NCBI RefSeq assembly: GCF_006345805.1
Contig: NC_043003.1
Location: forward strand, 32,488,001 to 32,552,000
DNA from: Octopus sinensis
Taxonomy: Eukaryota
Reading direction: 5' to 3'
DNA length: 64,000 nt
Every line of letters starts with the position of its first letter. The first letter of the stretch is position 1. The notes beneath the pieces are model-generated. The model did no database searches. It was not told the origin of the DNA and worked only from the letters and a program-made list of their open reading frames with translations. Below, in pieces: positions 40,751-51,312 of this stretch. The position numbers and the translations under genes were made by a program.

Positions 40751-43700
40751 TTATGTGGTGTCATCCATTCGCAACTTTCGTGCTACATCCTTCCATCGTT
40801 CTTCATACACTCTCTTAGTCAGGCATTTTCTCTCCAGCCCTATCTTCCTTTTCAGGTGAAAGATGAAGTAATTCATCAAACCAGGGCCGGATATGAACTT
40901 GCCTGACCGTAAACCTTTCATTCTCATCTTCCATATCACCTCTTTCGCAATTGCTACCACAACGAGAAAACAATTCTTACCTTCTTTCGCGAGGAAATCT
41001 GGTGGGTCAATTTTTGTAATAGACTCAGTCGACAGCTGTACTCTTCGTGTACTTAACAACAGCTGTTCGGCATAAACCCACACCTCAGACACGACCGAAC
41101 AATGAACAATAGCGTGCGGGACGGTTTCCCTATCCCGCTTGCATCTTGGACATATCGGACTGTCTTGGCCACTGTGCCTTGCGAGTTTATCCCGAACAGG
41201 TAAAGCTCATCTGTAGCATTGCCATGCCAGAGACTTCTGGAAGTTGTCCAGTGTCTTCGGCTCGAACGTACGTCGGAACAGACTGGCCAGCTGATTATCG
41301 TCGAGACCTAGGGTTTCCCCCAAGGTATCTTCACATTCCGCCTCTACCAACCCTCTATAGAAGAATGTGGTGGAACCCCCACCGCAGGCGTTGCCCGAGC
41401 GACGGAATAGCAGGAGAGCCTTGCGACACTCCGTGTACCATGTGCCTAGTTTCGATCTACGATTCAGCCAGGTTTCACATCCACCGAAACTAGTGAACTT
41501 GGGAAACATCAGTTTTGCTAGCGGAGACCACACCCGTTCACCATCCAGGTAGAGCCACAGATGTCTTAACCTCAGCGCATGTCTGCGCATCATCAGCCAA
41601 GGCATCCCTAGCCCACCCTTTAACGGTTGTTGACAGCAAGTAGAGCGTTTCACAAGTGGTTTCCCGCCCTTCCACAAAAGTAGAAGAGCTGTCTTTCCAA
41701 CTTGATCAACCACGAATCAGGGCAAGGAACGACGGAAAGGCGGTAGGTGATAACCGATGCGATAAACACATTGGCTACCTCCGCCCTCCCTTTCAGGGAT
41801 AGCCACCGCCAAGACCAGGTCTTGTTTACTGCAGCCACCCTGCTCGATACCTCGCCCGCCCCATTCTTCTATTTGGAGGTCTGACCGAACCAAACCCCTA
41901 GCAACTTAATCGGACCCTCCGTCCAACGTCCCACGACGCTGTCAGGAGGCATCGACTTGCCTCTCCAGGTGCCAAGTTGCAAGCCGACTGACTTTTCGCG
42001 ATTAACTTTTGCTCCTGTCACCGTCTCGTAAACCTCTATGGCCTTGCCTACTTTACGTAGGTGATCCATTTCGGTTACGATGATGGTGATGTCATCCGCG
42101 TACGCTGACACCGATTTTCCACTACCTGGCTGTCTCGGGATGCCGCTCAGTTTTCGCAGTAATGGCTCAAGAGCCATCACGTACAAAAGCGGGGAGAGCG
42201 GACACCCTTGACGAACTGAGCGCTTGATGTTGAACGGCTTCGACAAGAAGCCGTTCACCCGAACTACCGAGTCGATGTTGTCGTAAATTCGGATAATCCA
42301 CCTGAGGAAGCCAAGGCTCAGCCCGAACTGTGCCAGGGCAGATACCAGGTAGCGATGATCGACCCTTTCGAACGCTTTAGATTGGTCTAAATGGACCAGT
42401 GCCCCACCCTTGCCAGAATCACTATTAAACCCCTCTATAGTGTACCGCATAAGATGGAGATTATCCTGAATGGTTCTGCCGGGAACGGCACATGTCTGTG
42501 CCTCCCCGATCAGACCATCCGCGACACGCGCCAATCTTTTCGATAACACTTTGGCCAAAATCTTCAACTCTGTGTTTAGCAGAATGATGGGCCTGAAATT
42601 ATCAATGCACTCCCCCTTGCTCGGGTCCTTTCTGACGAGTGTCACTACTCCCCGGCGCACAGATCTGGGTATGAACCCGTTCTGCTGCCAGTTCGCATAG
42701 ACCTCCACCAGTAGGTGCCCGAACAAGTCTGGCATACTCTTATATAACTCATAGGGTAGCCCATCTAAACCCGGCGCTTTGCCCGCGCCGCAGTCCGCCA
42801 TCGCCTCAACCACCTCCCCAGGTGTGATTGGCCCTTCACAGCCCTCCGCATCTCGCCCCGATAAGCGCGGCAGCCCGTCGAGGAGGTCCGTAAAGGCCCT
42901 CCTCCTATCCAGTCCGCCGCACTCACCGAAAAGCTGAGCGAAGTGCTCCTGAAAAGCCTCACACATCTCCTCGGGCTCGTTTATCAACTCACCTTGTTGG
43001 TTCGTCATAGATCGAATCGTGGCGTCGTTACCACGCTGAGCTTCCACCACTCGGGCCCATCTCACGGCGTTGATTCCTTCACAACCCATTGCGCGGATCC
43101 TAGCCCTGACAATGCAGCCCATGTGTTTGGTCTCGAGGTGCTGGTTTAACGCCAGTCTCTTGGCCGCCACCTGAACCGCAGAGCCAGTTTTCAAGGCTTC
43201 CTCTAATTCCTTAACTAGATTAGATTCCCTCCTAGCCTCTCTAGCCACTAATCCTATGCTATATCTAATTGACTCGAATTTGATGGCTCGCTTGAGGGCA
43301 TACCACCATTTGTTATTAATGATGGCACCAGATAGCGCCCTCTGAATTATAGTCCTAATCCGGTCTCTGTACTCCTTAATCGCCAAAAGGGCGGTATTAA
43401 GTTTCCAGTAACCGGAGCCTCTATTTTTAACCTTATCTATGTCAAGCTTACAGGTGACCATTTTATGATCACTGTAGCTGACCAGGTAAAACTGTGGACA
43501 GTTAGCTATTTTTCTGTCTACTTTTCTAATTAGTATCCTATCTATATATGACCTGGAAGATCCGTCGCTGTTTGACCATGTCCACAATGGAGCGTTCGGA
43601 AATTTCAACCTATAAGGATCTGCTAGCTCAAAGCGGCTTAGCAGTTCCAGGAAGCCAATGTTACCTTTTCTATCTGGACGCAAGCCAACACAATCTACAT

Positions 43701-44145
43701 CCGCTTTGCAAATTGTGTTAAAGTCTCCTAGCACAACTAATGAATGCGAAGTACCAAGAAAGTTTTCCAGTTCTCGAAAATAATCACTTTGCCCTTTTTG
43801 GTTGGGTGCGTAAATTGCAACCAGTCTGATAACTTTACCGTTACTGAACGTCAAATCCATGACGACCAGCCTACCTTCTGGGTCTGAAAAAATTAACTTT
43901 TTCTCAAAAACCCGGTTTCTTTTTAATAGGACCAACACCCCACCCCCGCCTGTAGGACTGGCCGGAGAGAAAAAACTCTCGTAGCCGTCAAACAGCGGGA
44001 GTAGACCTCTTGGCTCCTCTAACCGGGTTTCTGTAGCAACAATAACATCCAAATTACGCGACCTGATATCATTAAGGCAGCGACCTTGCTTCCCGCTTGA
44101 TCCCCGGCCGCGCACATTTAAACAACCAACATAAATGCAATCCAT
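40751..44145 (-). pseudogene. E1 ORF2: APE endonuclease + reverse transcriptase + CCHC domain, frameshifted after aa 758
   Basis: LNVRG, TETR, LGDFN, YIDRI, SDH; FRPI.LLN, LDQSKAFERVDH, SVRQGCPLSP, YADD. Downstream frames give GGLG and CPRCKRDRETVPHAIVHC. Confidence 0.9.
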
Positions 44146-44153
44146 AACTTACC

Positions 44154-45422
44154 TTATATCAGTGGTTCGACTTGTTCGACTTGTTTTTCGTCGTCTTCTT
44201 CACTTTTATTTTTTTCCTTGGCTCGTGGGGGAGTCCGACGCAGGCCCTCGTATAAATATGGAGATAGGTCCAATCTCAGAGGGCCCACGTCGTGAAAGAA
44301 TTCGGATTTTATCCGTCCGTAATCCTTTCGGCCTATTCTATAAACAATACAGTCTTTTGTTTTTTTCGTTTTTTCCACTTTGGCCATGGCTGCCAAAACA
44401 TTAACTAGCCTGTTGTTGGTAGCCTTAATGGCCATAACTGTATTAGTCGCTTCTTTCCTCTTTTTTTTGGCTTTCTTTCTGAGGGGTGGTTTCTGTTTTC
44501 CGTTTTTTTTTTGGTAATTTTTGACCACCCCTCCTCTTTTTCTTTTTCTTCGCCACTTGTTGTTTCTTCTACCTCTTTGGTTTCTGTGGTTTCTGGTGTT
44601 TTCTCTTCTGTTTTCTCTTCTGTTTTTTCTTTTTCCGGCGGTGCTGCTTCCTGCGGTTTAGGTTGGCACTCCGCTCTTACGTGCCCCTTTTTACCGCAGC
44701 CGAAGCACCTCGGCTTTCTGCCCTCCACAAACACTAGCACTCTCTCCTCCTCGCTGAGCCTCAATATCTCCGGTATTTCTTCTAACGTTTGGACCTCCGC
44801 CTGAATCGCCATTGTGATACATTGGCCTTGACAAAACCCCTCCTCCTCTACTGTAGCCTGGAGGATAGTGATCTTGTCCTCCAGGCCCAACATCACTGCC
44901 GCCACCAGGCATGTGGCGTCCGCTTCTGGCGGAATATTTTTCATTAATATTTTTGAGGTCCTTCTGCCTCTGTACAGGGGGAGAAGGACTATAGTCTCCG
45001 CTTTTTGAGGTTCGGTTGATAGCTTCTTGGCTATCTCCTCAGTCCTGACCTCACCTCAACTGTTCCAAACTTTCTGCCACGGTTTATATACGTAATGTCT
45101 TTCCTTATTGTCTTCAGACAATCCTCTATTTTTTTTCCCTCCACTCTTTGAATGCTTTTCATCGTTGTATTGTATGTCTTGTAGATAATCCTTTTTCTTT
45201 CTACTTCTTCTTCTTTCTGACGTCTGATTCCACTGCTATTTCATTTCCTTCCTTTTTCAAAAGTGCTTCATACTTTTCTAGGTTGCTCTTATCTGTGTTG
45301 ATTTTTTTTGTTTTTTCCTGCAACTTCTGCGAACTTCTTCGCGGGGCCTCTTCTTTTTCCGGCGTCACCGCCGGTGTACTTTCTTCACCTGATACAGGTG
45401 AATATGAGATAGGAGTCTCCAT
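44154..45422 (-). pseudogene. E1 ORF1 (gag-like nucleic-acid-binding protein), frameshifted
   Basis: METPISYS..., RGRKFGTVEVR, NIPPE, VEGRKPRCFGCGKKGHVRAEC, split over ORFs 45201, 44405 and 44154. Confidence 0.85.
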
Positions 45423-45699
45423 CTCTGGATGTGGCTTTACAAGCCTTTTCAATTGGCTTTAACAAGCCTTCAAAAATTTTGGCTTCACAAGCCTTTTGTG
45501 TATATTTTAAACTGTTTTACAACAATTGTATCAAAACAATTCCCCCGTGGGGGGGGGAATTTTAATACGTAGCCTTCGCGCGAAGGCTACTAACAGTTTT
45601 TACACAAAAACACAATATATATAAAACAAAGTAACAATAGTTAAATTCACAAACCGGTAATAAACAACAAAATGACAAACACAGACTGGCGTATAACAG

Positions 45700-47616
45700 C
45701 CTGGAATTGTTTTATTCCTACCCACAAGGGGCAACATAGGGGGGACAATACAATCGGGAAAAATAAAATAATGAATTATGAAGTTTGTACAATGTGGTGT
45801 AATGCCCACTCGATCCCCGAAATCAAGCGGTTACATTTCGTCATTTTTTTTTTTTCGTCAACAATATTTTCCAAATAAAAACATTTTACACATTTTCAAC
45901 ATACATTTCAAAAATTTTACAAAGTTCAACATTTTTTTTTTTTCAGAATTTAAAGTTCTTTTTATCATTTCCAAATTAAAGTTTTCACAATACCTTTTCT
46001 TTTATATATACTCCATTATCTCTACCAAATCTTGGTAAATTTCCATCGTTCGTGGCCACCGTGTAAGTTGGCATTTCATATGTTTTGTCACGTTCTTGCC
46101 AGCTGCCTCGATGAACGCCTCAGCGTCGTTCTCGTGGACGAGTGCACCTGTTTCTTTCCATTCGGTGCCCATCCTGACCCACGTATATCCATTTGTTACG
46201 TTTATTAAATCTTCCATCTCCTCACAGTGCCTGTGATGGATCAACGTTCCATAGTATTTGAATTTTCTATTCGTACCTGCATTTTCTCTAGTTTTTCTCT
46301 TAGGACTTACTTCCTCTTTTTTCTCCTCTCTCGGTTTCTCTCTTTCTCTCTTTTTGCTTTCTCTTCTTTCTTTTTCCTTCTCTTGTCTTTTTGGCTGTTT
46401 GTCTGTCGTCTCTCTACCCTGTGCCTTATCTTCCTTTCCTGTTGTTTCTTTTCCTTTTTGCATACCATCTTTTCCTTTCTCTTGGTTCTGTTCCTTCTCT
46501 TGTTCTTTTCCTGTTTTTTCTCTTTCCTTTAATGTACTTTCCTTTTCTTTCTCTTGCTTCTGCCTTGGCTCCTTCTCCACTACTTCTGCACCCTGTGAAT
46601 TTTGCTCCTTTTCTACTATCTTCTTCCCTTTGTTTTCATTTTCCTTCAGTGCGCTGTTACTTCCCTTCTCTTGTGGTTTCTCCGTTATTTCCTTTTCCTT
46701 GTTTTCGCTGTTCTTTCCTTCGTGTTCGTTTTCCTTCTCTCCACTTTGTGTCTCTTTTTGCTCCGCTGTGAATTCATACAGCGGACATTCCTTTTTTATG
46801 TGCCCTCTTGATCCGCACAGGTAGTAATTCGGTTTTCTGCCCTCCACTATTACACTGATTGTTTTCTCGTTTTCTATTTCTATTTGGAAGGGAAACCTTT
46901 CGATGTCTTCCATTTTGGCCATCAGCCACAACTCTACTCCGAATCCCTTCCAATTTACAACGTTGGTCTCCTTGATTGACCCTATTTGTACTTCCTCCGT
47001 TGCTGCCCCAATAATGGCTGTTACCAGCATTTCTGTTTTAATTTCTGGGGGCACCTTTCGGACTCTTACCCGTACCCCTCGTCTTCCTTTATACGTCGGC
47101 CACATAGTGAAATTTTCGGCTTTCAGAACAGTGGAAGCCAATGAGGCCGCCACTTCCTTTGTTGCGCATCTCACCTCCACCGTACCATATTTCTTTCCTC
47201 TGTCTACAAAAGTCGCTTTTTTCATGATGTCCCCCAGACATTTCTCTATTTCTTCAATCGTCACTCTTACCAGTTTTCTCGTGTTCCTATCTTGCGTTCT
47301 ATACGTTATCATCTTGTTATTTCTCTCCTCTATTGTTTCAACAGGCGGGACCAGCTTCACGCTGTCACCCTCCCTTTTGACGAACTTCTCGTATTCCTTC
47401 AATTGTTCTTTTCTAAAGAACACTTCTCTTATTCTAAGAGACTCGTCACTTTTTGTTGTGGCGACCCCCGCGTAAGTCTCCATGACTTGAGGGTCGACAC
47501 ACCTTCTAAACCGGTTCAAACACGCAGCGGCAAACGCCTCGCGCGATTCAATTTTTTAACAGTTTTTTTCCAATTTCTTCACATACAAAATAACTAACCA
47601 ACACAATCGATGAAGA
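45700..47616 (-). mobile_element. ORF1-only (HAL1-like) L1/Tx1 derivative, element E2
   Basis: One intact ORF1 followed within about 300 bp by the same 3' terminal segment as E1; no ORF2 sequence visible. Confidence 0.75.
46002..47483 (-). CDS. L1/Tx1-type ORF1 protein, 493 aa from the first ATG, open frame
   Basis: METYAGV..., RGKKYGTVEVR, P.YKGRR, KVPPE, VEGRKPNYYLCGSRGHIKKEC (first knuckle Cys replaced by Tyr), and a long K/E-rich region. Confidence 0.8.
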   Translation of the reverse strand: METYAGVATTKSDESLRIREVFFRKEQLKEYEKFVKREGDSVKLVPPVETIEERNNKMITYRTQDRNTRKLVRVTIEEIEKCLGDIMKKATFVDRGKKYGTVEVRCATKEVAASLASTVLKAENFTMWPTYKGRRGVRVRVRKVPPEIKTEMLVTAIIGAATEEVQIGSIKETNVVNWKGFGVELWLMAKMEDIERFPFQIEIENEKTISVIVEGRKPNYYLCGSRGHIKKECPLYEFTAEQKETQSGEKENEHEGKNSENKEKEITEKPQEKGSNSALKENENKGKKIVEKEQNSQGAEVVEKEPRQKQEKEKESTLKEREKTGKEQEKEQNQEKGKDGMQKGKETTGKEDKAQGRETTDKQPKRQEKEKERRESKKREREKPREEKKEEVSPKRKTRENAGTNRKFKYYGTLIHHRHCEEMEDLINVTNGYTWVRMGTEWKETGALVHENDAEAFIEAAGKNVTKHMKCQLTRWPRTMEIYQDLVEIMEYI

Positions 47617-47959
47617 CTGGAATGTTAGCTCTTCTTTTTTCTCTACATTGAATACTTTATAGACAATAGTCTTTTCTTTAATTTAATTTTTATTATCCAT
47701 CTGGACTATTTCATTTCTGCACGCTAATTTTATTTTAAATTTAATTCCCATTCATGTGAAACCACTTATTCAAGTTCAAATCATTGATGCAATTTTATAC
47801 CAATTGCTATTTTTACTTATATTATACTTTAGTTTGATTATAATTATTACTTACTACATATAATTCAATTGTTATTATTATTTTTATTGTTAAAGTGAAA
47901 GCATCTGACATAAAATAGAGAAATATTTTTGTTTCACTTTTAACACGTAATACTGAAAT

Positions 47960-48292
47960 AGTGGAGAAGTTATGATATTGCTATGGGCTCGCTCTAGGCA
48001 AGAAGTTCAACATTTTTTTTTGCCCATGAAACTACATGGACCCTAAGTAAGGCATGTGTAAAATTTGAATGAAATTGGTTGTGTAGTTCTCAAGTTTTAG
48101 GGAATCGTAGTGGAAAAGAAATGATATTGCTGTGGGCTTGCCCTTGACAACAAGTTACAATTTTTCGCCGATGACACTCCCCGGACTCTAAGTAAGGCAT
48201 ATGTAAAATTTGAATGCTATTGGTCGTGTAGTTCTCACGTTTTAGGGAAACACACAGACAGACACACATTCTCAGTTTTATATATATAAAGA
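47960..48292 (+). mobile_element. Non-autonomous Helitron/Helentron (DINE/Lep1-like) 3' part with two ~149-bp internal repeats
   Basis: Repeats start at 47972 and 48121. The end cagacagacacacattctcagttttatatatataaagat resembles DINE/Lep1 termini (inference). Confidence 0.5.
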
Positions 48293-48711
48293 TATATATA
48301 TATATATATATGGCGGGGGTGATTGAGTGTGCGTGAGTGTGTGTGTGTGTGTACAGAGAAAGAAGGAAAACTTGAGAGATATAGAAAACAGATAGACAAA
48401 GTCATTAGTGTGAACTGCCGTTAAGCAGCAAAGTATAATCAATATGGTTAAAACGGTATATCTTCCAGAATGAGTCTGTTTTAATGCCTTTTCGGAATTT
48501 CTCATTCTTGTTAAATATATTCCATATTTGCCCTGCAGTCTAATGTAGTTTGTGAATCCTAACCCATTAGTAAGTATTTATTCAGCACTTTGCACTAATT
48601 TTACATCGATAAATATCCGATAAATATATATAAAAACTCTTAAATTTCATAATATAGTGTTATCTTAAATTACACGATGTAATTTTTATCGTAAATTTCA
48701 ACGTAACATTT

Positions 48712-48755
48712 CATCATCATCATTATTATTATTATTATCATCATTATTATGATTA

Positions 48756-48835
<80 letters not shown>

Positions 48836-48855
48836 TATTATTATTATTATTATAG
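48712..48855. repeat. (ATT)n/(TAA)n microsatellite at the 3' end of the R4-type LINE
   Basis: Read directly. Confidence 0.95.
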
Positions 48856-50600
48856 ACGTCGCACAGTATACAATATCGCGAAGTTGTTGATTGAAAATAT
48901 TGTGGTTACCGGGGTATTGTACTGTCTGTCACATTATTAGTTGGAAGTTCGTTTCGGTGTTATAGCTAGGGTGCTATATATTTGGTTTTGTACTTAGTGT
49001 TGTACTAGTGAATGTCTAAAAAAATCATACGAAAATTATGTTTGTTTTAAAACTTGAGATTACATAGAAAGTATTTTGCCTATGTTATGAGCAGTTCCCA
49101 TGAGCACTATCTTTTGAATTTCTGCCCTTTTGGGGTTTCCTGGTATCTGAGTTAGGTAGCGATCAGCCCCTTTTGCTATCATTCCCAGGACACCTATGAC
49201 AACAGGTATTGTTTTAGTCTTCAGGTTCCACATTTTGCTGATTTCTACTTCCAGATCTTTATATTTGCTCAGTTTCTGGTAGGTCTTGACAGAAACATTT
49301 ATATCGATTGGGACAGTCATATCAATGAGGAGGCATGTTCTTTGTTTGACGTCTTTTACTGTGATGTCTGGCCTATTCGCATCTATCTTTCTGTGAGTTT
49401 GAATGGTGAAGTTCCAGAGGAGTGAGATGTGGTCCGCTTCAAGCACTGGGGGTGCTTTATGATCCCACCAGTTTTTATCATGTGGCATGTCCAAGCTTTT
49501 GCAAATTACTCAGTGAATATATTGTGAAGCTCTATCATGCCTGTTGAGATACTCTGTAGGCATAAGAAGACTGCACCTGGAGACAACATGATCAACGGTT
49601 TCATTTTGTTGTTGACATACACATGTTGTGCTACTGCCGTTCTTTAATATGTTGGCCTGGTAGTTCTTTGTAAGTAGACATTGATCTTGAGCTGCTATGA
49701 TAAACCCATTAGCCATTGGTGGGTCAGGGCTTTGTCAACATCTGCATTATTCGCTCTCTTTGGGTATTTGCCATAGAGAGGTTTTTCTTGCCATTTATCA
49801 TTCAGAATATCTAAGGCCGCAGTTTTAGCACGGGTTTTCATGCGCTTAGCTTTTTCTGTGCTTGTTTCTTGTATGTCTATCTCTAATTCCGAAATTTGTT
49901 GTATTCGGAATTCACTTAGATATTCCTTTGCCTGTTTTGTTACTGAGTATGATGCTTTCTTGTTTTCATGTTTTGAGACAAGTTTTAACATCCAGTCCTC
50001 CGAGTTTTTCAGATAGGTGTCTAGGCCAATTGTAGCAATCTTCATTGCTACTGCCAGTTGTAGAAGTCCACGGTCTCCCTCTTTTCTCGGCAGATAAAGT
50101 CGTTCTATATCTGCATTAGGATGGTGCATTCTATGCATTGTCAAGAGTTTTCGTATTTTTCTGTCAAGATTACATATTTCAGTAATTGACCAGTTAACGA
50201 TATTGAAACTGTAAGTCACGACTGGTATGGCTAATGCATTGATCGCTTCGATCCTGTTTCTCGCATTCAGCTCTGTCTTGAGTATTGCTCTTACTCTGCG
50301 ATAACATTCTCTCCTGATCCTTTCCTTCATCACTAAATGCCTTATTCCGTTCCATTCAATTACCCCAAGGTACTTGTAGCTCTCCGCTGGGTCTAACTCT
50401 TTTATAACATTCTGCTGGTGGAGGTAAACGTTAGACGCTTCTGTTATTTTTCCTTTGATAAAGGTAGCTTTTGCACATTTATCGAGGCCAAATTGCATTC
50501 TGACGTCATCATTGAATTGCTTAACAATCGTTAGTAGGCCCTCGAGTTGCTGGTCATTTTTTGCAAAGAGCTTTAAATCATCCATGTAAATGAGATGATG
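48856..50600 (-). mobile_element. R4/Dong-clade LINE, truncated at the RT YMDD motif, with restriction-like endonuclease
   Basis: HLIYMDDLKLFAK, YKYLG, RLYLPRKEG.RGL, C..C...ET.DH...C, RHD, and RLE motif NRPDI...LIDMTVP...K..KY.DL. Confidence 0.85.
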
Positions 50601-51204
50601 TGATCTATTACTAGCATATGGCTGTCCACATAGTGGTTTTTAGCCCTAAATATATACATGTATTGGAATGTTCTCTGATTTTTCAGATTTTTATATGCTA
50701 GGCTACTGGTTTTAAATTGATATTAATTAAATTAATATTCAATTTATCTCCCTCATTATTTAAATTTTAAAATAAGTATGTTCTCTAATAGGCAGCATTA
50801 ACTGCAGTAGATTATTTGCTGCAGATTTTGTTTCCAGAATTTAGCGCGCCAGAACTCAGACATTTGAAATTAACCCCAATGTAATCGGTGGAACTAAGCA
50901 CGTGTCTGGTTTTATACAGAAAACTGGTGGTTAGTTTTACAAATTATATTGCTTTTGGAACGATCGTACTGACGAGTTCTACGGACGAAGGATTATGTAA
51001 GTAATTTACTCGTTGATAGACGAAACCGGTATACGATTAATTCTTGATTTTTATATAATTTTTATCTGTCTTGCCCGCCTATTGTTCTGGTGTCCGCTGA
51101 ATTTTCTCTAGAGAAGATTCTTTCTTTTTAGTTTTGATCGTATGTGATCTATTTCTAGCATATGGCTGTCCATATAGTGGTTTTTAGCCCTAAATATATA
51201 CATG
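50598..51204 (+). mobile_element. Hammerhead-bearing 544-bp unit with 63-bp terminal direct repeat (retrozyme or PLE pLTR-like)
   Basis: 50598-50660 matches 51142-51204 at 61/63; hammerhead inside; no coding signal recognised. Confidence 0.7.
50963..51037 (+). ncRNA. Type I hammerhead ribozyme with canonical core
   Basis: ATCGTA-CTGACGA-GT(T)CTA...TAGAC-GAA-ACCGGT-A-TACGAT. Stem I is 6 bp, the extended stem II is capped by GTAA, stem III is palindromic, and the triplet is GUA. Confidence 0.85.
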
Positions 51205-51215
51205 GATAGAGATAG

Positions 51216-51312
<97 letters not shown>
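51205..51312. repeat. (GATA)n microsatellite
   Basis: Read directly. Confidence 0.95.

Larger units (their letters stand above)
40513..45690 (-). mobile_element. Full-length but decayed L1-clade (Tx1-like) LINE, element E1
   Basis: ORF1 with CCHC knuckle, ORF2 with APE, RT and C-terminal CCHC, a structured 5' UTR, and a 3' UTR ending in AATAAA. Confidence 0.9.

Noticed and set aside
46227-47475. Long + strand ORFs rich in F/S/L (also 13775, 14273, 42470, 44511)
   Set aside because: Antisense shadows of purine-rich LINE ORFs.
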